Below, in pieces: positions 11,899 to 27,190 of a stretch of DNA of 64,000 nt. The notes beneath the pieces are model-generated. The model was not told the DNA's origin, made no database searches, and worked only from the letters and a program-made list of their open reading frames with translations. How positions within the stretch are numbered: position 1 is the first letter of the stretch; each line of letters begins with the position of its first letter. The position numbers and the translations under genes are program-made. The DNA is from Octopus sinensis (taxonomy: Eukaryota): positions 55,304,001-55,368,000 of the forward strand of contig NC_043013.1 in NCBI RefSeq assembly GCF_006345805.1, written 5' to 3'.

Positions 11899-13434
11899 AC
11901 CACTGCAGATATAAAATCAGAGGCGGTGACGATAGATTACATCGATATAAAGGAAGACGATGTAACCAAGGCTATAGATGAAATGAAAACAGACTCAGCT
12001 ACTGGCCCCGATGGATTCCCGGCAATCCTCCTAAAAGCATGTAAGAGAGTCCTAGCAAGACCACTGCAGTTCCTCTTCTAGAGCTTCCTTGCAGCTGGCA
12101 AACTTCCAGGAAAACTGAAGGAAGGTAAAATATGCCCCATTCATAAAGGAGGTAGCAGAGCGGAAGCCAAGAACTATAGACCTATCTCTCTGACCTCACA
12201 CATCAGCAAGGTCATGGAACGAATAGTCAGAAGGAAGCTGATCACCTTCCTTGAAGAGAATGACTTGCTGCCCGACACCCAACATGGTTTCCGACCAGGG
12301 AGAAGCTGTTTAACTCAGCTCCTACAACACTATGACTGGGTGCTGAAACGGCTGCTCAACCACTCAAATGTGGAAGTGATATATCTCGACTTTGCAAAGG
12401 CCTTTGATAAAGTCGATCATGGAATGATATGTCACAAACTGCGTGATCTCAACATAGTTGGAAAACTGGGAGAATGGCTTCATGACTTTCTGAAGGATAG
12501 AAGTCAGGTGGTAGTAGCCAATGGGGCCACCTCCATTAACACACAAATAGTGAGCGGTGTTCCACAGGGCACTGTTCTGGGACCACTACTGTTCATAATG
12601 GCCCTCTCAGACATGCCCTCAACCACGCAGAGAGCCACGATCACAAGTTATGCAGATGATACAAAAGTTTCACAGGCAATACAGAACCCTGAGGACACTA
12701 AACACCTGCAATGTGAGCTGGACGAAATATACAAGTGGGCTGAAAAGAATAGCATGCAGTTCAATGCTGGAAAGTTTCAAGCTTTATACTATCAGCATGC
12801 AAAACTGAATGCAATACCCAATGAATACACTGGACCCGGAGGGATTGCAATCCCAGAGGCACAATCAGTGCGTGACCTGGGTATTCACATGAGTGATGAT
12901 GCGACCTTTCATGTACATGTTGCTAAACTGACAATGAAATGTAGACGGCTGGCTGGATGGATTCTTAGAACCTTTAGAACAAGAGAACAAGAAACCATGA
13001 TGGTCCTCTGGAAGACACTTGTCCTAAGCCACTTTGACTATTGCTCTCAGCTATGGTCACCATCCAGTGTCAAGTTGATCACAGAACTTGAGGCGATCCA
13101 ACGAAGCTACACAAAGAAGATAGCCTCTATGCAGAATGTAAGCTACTGGGAAAGACTCAAGAGATTAAAATTATATTCCCTGGAGCGTAGGCGGGAAAGA
13201 TATGCCATAATATACATCTGGAAGATCCTGGAGGGAAGTGTCCTGAACTTTGGCATCGAGAGTTACGCAAATGCCAGATGAGGGCAGCTGCATCGAACTC
13301 TCTCATGCACCAAATAGCAGTTGCTAGAAAGCCTCCATGAAGTGAAACCAAGTAGCAACACCAAATGGCGGTGCCCCAGCATGGCCACAGCTCATAAGCT
13401 GAAACTAGAATCAATCAATCAATCAATCAATCAA
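11899..13434 (+). mobile_element. CR1-clade LINE copy A: 5'-truncated, internal ~235 bp deletion near the 3' end, (TCAA)n tail
   Basis: RT ORF 12214-13281. Compared with copy D, the segment between aatgccag and atgagggcagc is missing. Ends ggtgccccagcatggccacagctcataagctgaaac followed by (tcaa)n. Confidence 0.9.
12214..13281 (+). pseudogene. CR1-type reverse transcriptase (partial ORF2)
   Basis: QHGFRPGRSC, YLDFAKAFDKVDH, GVPQGTVLGPLLF, YADD, VRDLG, LYSLERRRER. Confidence 0.92.
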
Positions 13435-16982
<3,548 letters not shown>

Positions 16983-17058
16983 AAATCCTTAAATCCTTAA
17001 AAATGTTTTAGCCCGAAGGCCGCGGCCATGCTGGGGCACCACCGCTGAATGAGCTACA

Positions 17059-20000
17059 CTAGTTTGTGAATCCACCTCTGATACGTGGCACTTGATCAAC
17101 AAGGGAGTTCGATGCTGCTGCCCGCATCCGTGTCTCCTGTCGTGAGGTAGGTTCATCTGGGACTCCCAACAAGAAGAGATCCAGTTTAGTTTTAAAGAAA
17201 CCCACATCCGCACCATGTAAGTCTCTCAGGCATTTAGGGAGGATGTTAAAGAGCTGTGGTCCTCTGAAACCCAAGCTGTTGCAGTATCTGGACCTGTATT
17301 TTGATGGTGATGTTGGAATCCTTGGCACCACGCAGCGGCGCCCCGTTCTGCGGTTGGAGTAACTTTGAATGCCAAAGTTTGGGACAAGACCCTCCAGGAT
17401 TTTCCAGATGTATATCACTGCATATCTCTCCCGCCTCCGCTCCAGGGAGAAGAGGTTTAATACCTTCAGTCTTTCCCAGTAGCTGACATTTTGCATTGAG
17501 ACGATTTTCTTTGTGTAGCTTCTCTGAGTTGCTTCGAGTTCTGCTGTTTGTTTTATATTGTGTGGTGACCAAAGTTGGGAGCAGTAGTCCAAGCGGCTGA
17601 GGACAAATGTTTTCCATAGGACCATCAGTGTCTCCTTCTCTCTTGTTCTGAAAGTTCGGAGAATCCATCCAGCTAGCCGTCTGCATTTATCACCAGATTA
17701 GCAATATGCATTTGGAAAGATGCATCATTGCTCATGTCAATGCCCAGGTCACGCACTGATTTTGACTCAGGGATTGCAATTCTTCCTGGGCCAGTGTATC
17801 CAGTCTTCACGTCATTTACCTTTGTGTGCCAGTAGCGCAGGGCCTGGAACTTACCTGCATTAAACTGCATGTTGTTGTCCTCAGCCCACCTGTATATTGT
17901 GTCCAGCTCATGTTGCAGATGCGCAATATTTTCAGGGTTTTGTATTGCGTGGGAGACTTTTGCGTCATCTGCATAGCTAGCAAGGGTGGTCATCGTAGCA
18001 ACTGAAGGCATGTCTGAAAGGGCCACAATGAACATCAGTGGCCCCAAGACAGTGCCCTGTGGGACACCGCTTGTTATTTGCGTTTCCCTGGAGGTGGCTC
18101 CATTGCTCACAACTGCCTGTTTTCTGTCTTTTAGGAAGTTGTGCAGCCACTCTCCAAGTTTCCCGCCTATGCCGAGACCACGCAGTTTGTGACAGATCAT
18201 ACCATGGTCGACTTTATCAGAGGCTTTTGCAAAGTCAAGATATATTACATCCACATTTGAGCCATTTAGTAGCTGTTTCAACACCCAGTCATAGTGTTGC
18301 AGGAGCTGTGTTAGGCAGCCTCTACCTGGTCGAAATCCATGCTGGGTGTCAGACAGTAAGTCATTTTCTTCAAGGAACATGATTAGTTTCTTACGGACTA
18401 TTCGTTCCATGACTTTGCTGATGTGTGAGGTCAGAGAGATAGGCCTATAATTTTTAGCATCTGCTCTGCTACCTCCCTTATGGATAGGGCATATTACCCC
18501 CTCTTTCAGTTTGACTGGGAGCTTACCACTTGCAAGAAAGCTCTGAAAAAGAAGCTGTAGCGGTTTTGCAAGGGCTCGTTTGCACGATTTGAGAAGGATC
18601 GCTGGAATCCATCAGGTCCAGCAGCTGAGTTTGTGTCAATCTCATCAATGGCTAGTGTGATATCATCTTCTTCAATGTTGATGTACTCAATTTTTGTCTC
18701 TTTGGTCGCTGGTAAAGTGGCAAAGAATTCTTCTGGGTTGTTTACTTGCCTGTGTCCTAGAGGTGTAGTGAACACACTTTGGAACTGTTCATTCAGTATT
18801 TCACTTATCCTCGTGGGATTTCCTGTGAGAGAGCCATCTTTTTGGAAGAGAGGTCCTATTCTCTGGTGCACTGTGGCTGTCTCTTTGGCAAACTTAAAGA
18901 AAGCTTTAGGGTTTGATTTTATATTTTCTATTACCCAAGCTTCTTTATCTGCTCTCTCCTTTTCATGGGACTGATGTAGACTTTTCTCAGTTTCCATTAG
19001 CATTCTTTCGAGCCGAGACTTCTCACCACTTTTGGTGTGCTTGCTCAGGCGGTTTGCAATCCTTGTCCGTCGTCTCATAAGAATCCTCCTTTCTCTAGGG
19101 ATCCTGTTTTTGTTCTTGTGTGTGCTGGCCCTGCACATTGGGACATATTTGTCACATATGGCTTGTATTATGGACATGAAGTGTTTGTGTTTCATGTTTA
19201 TGTCCGGTGTGGAGAGACATTCAGGCCAATCCTGTTTGAGGATCTCTTTCTCAATCGACTTCCAGTTGGCTTTATGAAAGTTTAAGTTGGAGAGATGGTG
19301 GGTGCTTCGTATAGGCTGTGTGTCTGCGGGGGCTTTTGTTCCATACATAGACAGCTCTATTATGTTGTGATCCGAGATCATTGTCGGCATCACATTAACA
19401 TTATGGATAATATCCATATTGTTTGTAAAGCAGAGATCCAGTATATTATCTGCCCTTGTTGGTTGCAGAACTATTTGCTCCATGAAAGAGGTATTTGTGA
19501 GATGGAGCAGGGACTCCACCTGTGCCTGCTGATGGTGTGTCATCCCTGGGAGCATCTGCCCCCCAGGCCATTCCACATTGGGGAGGTTAAAGTCACCCAT
19601 GAAGAATACACTGTTGTGCTGTTCAAGGTTGGTGAGGACTCCTCCTATTTTTGTTAGGCAGTCTTCAAACATGCCTGAGTGTTTTGGGGCGTCTGGTGGG
19701 CGATATGTAGTGCATATGACGATATTCAGTTGTCTTATGTGTACAATTTGAGTTTCACATACTGAGTTTGAATATGACAGCAGGACCTGGGGCGTGAGGT
19801 CATCTCGGATGTACATTGCAACTCCACCATGGCTCCTCCCTTTTCTATCTGTGCGTATGACTGCATATTGCGGCATGTGTATTTCTGCATCACCTATATC
19901 GGGTTCAAGATGCGTTTCTGTGAGTGCCATGCATATAGCTTGATTGCATGTCACAAGGTCTCTCAGGAATGAAATTTTCTTTTTACAGTTTCCGCGCAGC

Positions 20001-20161
20001 AGCCCTCCTACATTCAGTAGAAATATTTTTGTGGTGTGTGTGTTGGTGTTGGTGTCTGTGGTGGCCATCCTGCATCTGTTGGAGGTGGCCTTATGTGGTG
20101 GTAGTTCCAGCTTTGTGCTTGTAGCCAGGTCAGCTGCTGAACAATTTTTTGTGCCATGCAC
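17059..20161 (-). pseudogene. CR1 ORF2: APE endonuclease plus RT, with two frameshifts (~18610 and ~17690)
   Basis: EN motifs ALTETHL, YRPP, MGDFNLP, ILDLCF, SDHN. RT motifs YLDFAKA.DK, GVPQGTVLGP, YADD. First ATG at 20068. Confidence 0.92.
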
Positions 20162-20910
20162 AAAAAAGACTGCTGTTCAGCTGCCGCCCTTCTCACATCT
20201 GGGTGAAGCTGGCCACCTGTTGGGTTTCCGCGCACCACATCTGCATACCGTCTTTCAGTAGTGGTCAGTGCGCTTTTTTCCCTTCTTTTAACTTTTTGTT
20301 TTTGTTCTCCCTGAGGGAGGGACCTCTGTCTCGCGTCCGTGCGGTTTTGGTAGGGCCTCCGATGTGCAAAGCGACAGTTTGCACCTTCAACGCCGTACCA
20401 GCAGTCCCCCCTCAGGTAGAATTTGCAGGTGTTTCTTTCCCTGCCCTTACAGTTTTTGCTGGGGTCCCTCTGCTTTCTCTGGACAGGGCTTCCATTAGCC
20501 TTGATTCTGTCACCCTTTACCTCCTGCTTCCCATCAATTCCAGGGTGCCTTTCCTTTCTTGCGGCCATCGCACCTCTTTGGTCTTCAGTTGTGGTGTTGG
20601 AAGCTGGACATGTGTCATCGTTTCCCTTTGTTCCAGGCTTCTCCATTTGGCTCTGGATGCTTTCCTCATCTTTTTGGCCCTCCCTGCTGCCGTCACCTCC
20701 CAGGATGATGTCCAGGGTGTCCATATGTTGCCTGATTAGAGCGTACGAACGGATAACTTCTCTCTTCTTTCGCTCTATCTGGGCGGTGGTTCTCGAAAAA
20801 TTGTTGCTTTTCAGCGCCGCAGCAATAATGTCGTTCGGCGAGTCGTCCTCAGCGATCTTCCAAGCGTGGACGAACAATTGCACCTCTCTCGCAGACCAGT
20901 TTCTTGCCAT
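20014..20910 (-). CDS. LINE ORF1, 298 aa, intact: Myb/SANT-like N-terminus plus CCCH zinc finger
   Basis: NWSAREVQLFVHAW...IIAAALKSNNFSRTTAQIERKKRE and CKFYLRGDCWYGVEGANCRFAH (C-x7-C-x8-C-x3-H). Directly upstream of and overlapping ORF2. Confidence 0.8.
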   Translation of the reverse strand: MARNWSAREVQLFVHAWKIAEDDSPNDIIAAALKSNNFSRTTAQIERKKREVIRSYALIRQHMDTLDIILGGDGSREGQKDEESIQSQMEKPGTKGNDDTCPASNTTTEDQRGAMAARKERHPGIDGKQEVKGDRIKANGSPVQRKQRDPSKNCKGRERNTCKFYLRGDCWYGVEGANCRFAHRRPYQNRTDARQRSLPQGEQKQKVKRREKSALTTTERRYADVVRGNPTGGQLHPDVRRAAAEQQSFLCMAQKIVQQLTWLQAQSWNYHHIRPPPTDAGWPPQTPTPTHTPQKYFY

Positions 20911-20924
20911 TTTCTTCTAGTGAA

Positions 20925-22052
20925 ATATAGGAACAGAGAGAGAGATAGAGAAGGAGAGATATGGAGAGGGAGAAGAGAAAGGAGAAAAGCCAGGGGGGAT
21001 AGAGAGAGAGACGAGGGGATTTTCCTGAGAGAAGAGAGAAAGAGAGAAAATAAGAGGGAAAAAAGAGAAAGGTGAGAGAATGGCAGGTCAGCAGGGGGAG
21101 AGTGAGCGGGATAGAGGTGTAGTAGAAAGGGACAGGGTGGAAAAGTGAGACAAGAGGGTGGACCCTAGGGGGGGGCAGGGAGAAGAAAGGCGGAGAGATA
21201 AAATGGAGAGGAAGAGAGAGATGAAATGGAGAGGGAGAGAGAGAGAGGGCAGGATAGAGGTACCAGGGAGTGAAGTAAAGGGACAGAGAGGGTGGTGTGG
21301 AGGAAGGAGACAGAGAGAGGAAAAAAGAGACAGGGGGTGGTGAGCCTTAGAGGGAACAGGGAGAGGAAAGGTAGGAAGAAAAAAGGGGGAAGAGGAAGAG
21401 AGGGGGCGCAACAGAGTGTAGTAAAGGGACAGGGAGGGTGGTGTAGAGAAAGAAATAAGGGGACAGAAGGGGAAGAGGAAAAGGGGTTTGACCTGTGAAG
21501 GAGCGGAGAGGAAAGAGGCAGAGAGAGGGAGGGGGAGTAACAGAGAGAGAGAGAGAGAAAGAGGGCGGTATATAGATACAAGAGAGAATGAGTGAAGTTG
21601 AGGAACTGAGAGAGGGGGTGAGGTGAGAGAAAGTTGATCTGAGAGAGATGCAGAAAGAGAAACGATTGCAGAGGGAGAGAGAGGGAGGAGGGGAGAGTGA
21701 GAGCGGAAATAGAGGGTCTGGTGGATGGGGAGACAGATAAGGTATAAACTGTATGAGAGAGATAGAAATAGAAATGTAAGAAGAGAGGGAGAGATTATAA
21801 AGATAGAATAGCGCGTATTTTTATATCTTTTTAATTATTATTTTCTGTTTGAAAGAACACTAATGATAACAATAATAAAATATATGAGAGAGATAGAAAT
21901 AGAAATGTAAAAAAGAGAAAGAGAGTGCGTGGCAGGCACGGAGGACGAAATTATAAAGATTATAAAGATAGAATACCGCGTATTTTTATATTTTTATATC
22001 TTTTTTTTTTTTTTTAATTATTTTCTGTTTGAAAGAACACTAATGATAACAA
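20925..22052. repeat. GA-rich low-complexity tract plus an imperfect tandem duplication (21753-21885 / 21885-22052) upstream of copy B ORF1
   Basis: atgagagagatagaaatagaaatgtaa...gaaagaacactaatgataacaa occurs twice. Confidence 0.8.
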
Positions 22053-22171
22053 GATAAATAATATCTTACCTTACCGGCTGAGAGAGAGTACTTACGTGAT
22101 TCCTTTTTATAAGAAAGGAAGATAGATAGACAAGACAGACCTTTTATATTCCTCCCCAAGCGCACTTTGTA

Positions 22172-23335
<1,164 letters not shown>

Positions 23336-23337
<2 letters not shown>

Positions 23338-25177
23338 CCCAGGCTTCTTTTCAAGTACTCTATCTTCTAATTAGCCTTAATATCTTCCTGTCTTCTCTCG
23401 AACATAATTAGATAGATAAACGGATAGACGGATTATCCAGCATGTCCAAAGCATGGAGACGTGACGAGCTGGATTTATTCGTACGAGCATGGGAGTGCGC
23501 CGGCGGAGATAGCCCTAGGGAGTGATTGCGGCTGCGCTGAAGAGCAGAGGCTACAAGAGGACAGCGGCTCAGATGGAGCGAAAGAGACAGGAATTCGTGC
23601 GCTCATATGCGCTTGTACGGTCGCACATTGGCGCACTTGATGCCATCTTTGAGAACGAGCGGAGCAAGATGGCAAGAATGGAGACGATGAAAGAAGTCAC
23701 CCCCACCTGGTGGACGCCCGGGAGGAGGTTTTGAATGAGAAACCTGCCCGGGAAGTGAACCCAGGTGCAAGTTCTCCAACCGGCAGCAAGGGCCATGGAG
23801 ACGGAGAACCCGGTGAAGAGGTAGAGGGAGGAAGAAGAACTAAAAGAAGGACTGGAAGAGCTAAAGGAAAAGAAAAGCTCAAGCAGGACCAAAGTGTGAA
23901 ACAACCAGAAATAGAAGTGGAACCGCAAAGGATGGAACCAAACAGCGCACACGGGTGTGTATGTTCTACCTGAGAGGTTCCTGCTGGCATGGAAAGGAAG
24001 GTGCAGGCTGCCGCTTTGCACATCGGGGACCCTGCCACAGAGACACGAGGCAGATGGACAAACCATCAACACAAAGAAAAGGGATGGACCACGCACCACC
24101 TGCCCCAAAACGGAGGTACGCAGATGTTGTGCGCGCCACAAACAGCCAACATGATGTCGAAAGAGCAGCTGCTGAGCAACAATCTTTTTTGTGCATGGCA
24201 CAAAAGATTGTACAGCAGCTGACCTGGCTTCATCAAACCCAAGCCCGCAGGTGGGACTACCCACTATATACCAGACCACCACAGCAAACAGACACAGGAT
24301 GGACACCGCCGGCAACAACGTACACCTCACCTCGATACTCCTACTGAACATCAGAGGACTGCAAACACTCAGTAACAGGACAAAGATCCCGTTCCTGAGA
24401 GACTTTGTTGCATGCAATCAAGCCTTATGCATAGCACTTACAGAAACGCACCTGAAACCGGACATAGCAGATGCGGAGTTACACATACCACAGTATGCTG
24501 TACTACGGACCGACAGGAAAGAAAGGAGTCATGGAGGTGTTGCTATGTACATCCGTGAGGACCTCACACCCCAGGTCCTCTTGTCATACTCAAACTCCGT
24601 GTGTGACACACTAATTGTACATATTAGGCAACTTGATGTAGTTGTGTGTGCTACATATCGCCCTCCAGATGCCCCAAGCCATGTGGGCAAGTTTGAAGAC
24701 TGCCTTATAAAAATAGAAGAAATTCTAACCACATTAGAACAACACATAGGTGTGCTTCTTATGGGAGACTTCAATCTGCCCAATGTCAGATGGCCCGAGG
24801 GCCTTTCTCTCCCAGGAATGACAAGATGTGAACGAGGACAGGCGAGGTCCCTCCTGAACCTCATCAACACCCTGTACAACTCCAACCAACCAGGGCAGGT
24901 AACACACTGGATCTCTGCTTCACAAATGACATGGATCTCATCCATAATGTGAAAGTGACACCGACACTACTCTCGGATCACAACATGATACAGCTGACCA
25001 TGTACGGGCCAAAAGAGAGCACGGACATGCAGCCTACAAGAAACCCTCAAAATCTTTCCAGCTTGAACTACCATAAGGCAAACTGGAAACAAATTGAGAA
25101 AGAGATCCTCAAACAAACTACTGGCCTAAATGTCTCTCCTCGCCAGACATCGACGTGAAACTTCAACAATTCATGTC
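23336..25177 (+). mobile_element. CR1-clade LINE copy B2: 5' part only (ORF1 with frameshifts, EN domain), 3'-truncated at (TA)n
   Basis: ATG at 23442: MSKAWRRDELDLFVRAW..IAAALKSRGYKRTAAQMERK. CMFYLRGSCWHGKEGAGCRFAH. EN ORF 24191-24952. Confidence 0.88.
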
Positions 25178-25228
<51 letters not shown>

Positions 25229-25272
25229 ATATTTATATATTATATATATATATATTTATATATATATATATT

Positions 25273-25329
<57 letters not shown>

Positions 25330-25550
25330 ATATGTTTTGTGTATCTGTGTTTGTACCCCCAACATCGCTTGACAACTGATACTTGTGTGTTTACATCCCC
25401 GTAACTTAGCGGTTTGGCAAAAGAGACTGATAGAATAAGTACTAGGTTTACAAAAATAAGTCCTGGGGTTGATTTGCTTGACTAAAGGCAGTGCTCCAGC
25501 ATGGCTGCAGTCAAATCATTGAAACATATAAAAGAGTAAAAGAGTATTGT
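25330..25550 (+). mobile_element. S2 SINE 3' half with (taaaagag) tail
   Basis: catcgcttgacaac...ataagtcctggggttgatttgcttgactaaaggcagtgctccagcatggctgcagtcaaatcattgaaac. Confidence 0.9.
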
Positions 25551-25804
25551 TGTAAACAAACATGACCATTTTACATGTGGTGACATTCATCTCTAATTCT
25601 CTGTGAAAGCATGTCTGTCTGCACATTATGCTGTTTGGATGTGAAGAAGAAGGAACACTATTTCCTTGTTTGGAAACAGGTGATTGTTGGTGACAGGAAA
25701 AGCACCCAACTGTAGAAGGTCTGCTTGGATGTATTCAGTCTGACCCACTCAGGCATACAAAAGTGAGCTTTATGTTGATGAGGTATCATTGAAACATAAA
25801 GCAA

Positions 25805-26105
25805 AGAATATAAGCACATCAAGTCTTGACACTAAACATGATACTCACAGCAAAACTATCTGAAGGAATCCTACGAGAAGACATCTCAATTAAATAGTGT
25901 GTGACGGTAATTATAATTGCTATCAACTGGAATATAATTAAGAATAAAAATTCAATTTCAAACAGTCTTTATCAAATAATTATTACAAAAGATTAACAAC
26001 ATCTCTTTAATTTCCAAAAATATTGCTATTGGCTGGATACAGTAAAAGATTTATGAAATCATTTTTCAAATACCGTTATCTTTATTGTTTTTGTTGTATT
26101 TAATG
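25805..26105. repeat. Unclassified dispersed repeat, copy 2 (see 3045-3320)
   Basis: Alignment by eye. Confidence 0.8.
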
Positions 26106-26109
26106 TCAC

Positions 26110-26470
26110 TAATCTAGAAAACAAGATTAATAATCATTAATATTTTTTTTTTTTATAGATTTTATTTCAAATGACTTGAGACGGTTTGTTCTTTGTTTTA
26201 CCAAAAATCTAGCTTTGTCTAGAATTTGAAAATATTTTATTTCTTCTGTAAAACATATTGTATGTCTGGCTCCATTATTGTTTGGAGTTGATTCTGAAGA
26301 ATGACTCAATACATCCAATTGTGGCTCCAATAGTTTGATTAATTATCTAATTAGAAGCAAAAAGGAAGAATATTCATTTTGGCATCTTTCAGAATTGAAG
26401 ATTTGTTAAATGGACAGTCTTGAGAAACTAAATACAGCTGTCAACAAAATTTGAAATTTACAGTGAGTGA

Positions 26471-26557
<87 letters not shown>

Positions 26558-26930
26558 CAAGACTGTGAAAGTGTAAGAGCCAAATAGTTCGCTCTGATAT
26601 GAGGGAAGGAGTTGGCTGCCTCTAAAGATATTGGTGGTGTTCAGTTTTTGTTTGAAAGACATTCTATCTCAATAACAATGAAGAAAATTGAATAAAATTC
26701 AATAACATCAATGTTGAACCCCATGGAAGACCTATCTGGTGCAGGAGTGCGGAAGAGGAAATGAAATTATCTGATGTTTGAATATTTCTTTCACTTGGAA
26801 TCAAAATGAAGTAAATTGCTGCTGTCACAGACTGAAACTTGGTTAGGAACTTAACTTCTTTGAGTTCAAATGTTTTCTTGATCAAATTCTTCATGACTTT
26901 TACCAATGAACAGTATTCCCATCTTTTAGC
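26110..26930 (-). pseudogene. Decayed coding-like relic, possibly a Penelope-like RT thumb/GIY-YIG end
   Basis: Fragments LLHFDS and YFQILDKAR are in the order and spacing expected for PLE ORFs. Many stops and frameshifts. Confidence 0.25.
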
Positions 26931-27190
26931 TTTTACTTGTTCTAGTCATTAGACTGTGGCCATGCTGGGGCACCACCTTGAAGAATTTTAGTTGAACAAA
27001 TTGACCACAGCATTATTTTTTAAGCTGGGTGTTTATATTGATCTCTTTTGGGGAACTGCTAAGTTACAGAGATGTAAACACCAACACCAATCGTCAAGTG
27101 GTGATGGGACACACACACACACACACAATGATGGTCTTCTTTCAGTTTCTGTCTGTCAAATCCATTTACAAAGCATTGGTTAGTCTAAGG
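26930..27190 (-). mobile_element. S2-type SINE, interrupted at ~27190
   Basis: gtcattagactgtggccatgctggggcaccacc...ttctttcagtttctgtctgtcaaatcc. Confidence 0.75.

Larger units (their letters stand above)
16982..22165 (-). mobile_element. CR1-clade LINE copy B, apparently full length (pyrimidine-rich 5' region, ORF1, frameshifted ORF2, 8-bp tandem tail)
   Basis: ORF1 20014-20910, ORF2 pieces 17059-20161, 3' tail (ttaaggat)x2. The 5' boundary is uncertain. Confidence 0.88.

Noticed and set aside
20149-20920. Long antisense ORFs over LINE ORF1/ORF2 (also 23569-24417 and 58637-59056)
   Set aside because: Shadow frames of real coding sequence; not conserved between copies.
26690-26745. HQIGLPWGSTL resembling the PLE RT QxxGxxMGS motif
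   Set aside because: No downstream YxDD in any frame, and its position conflicts with the other tentative motifs.
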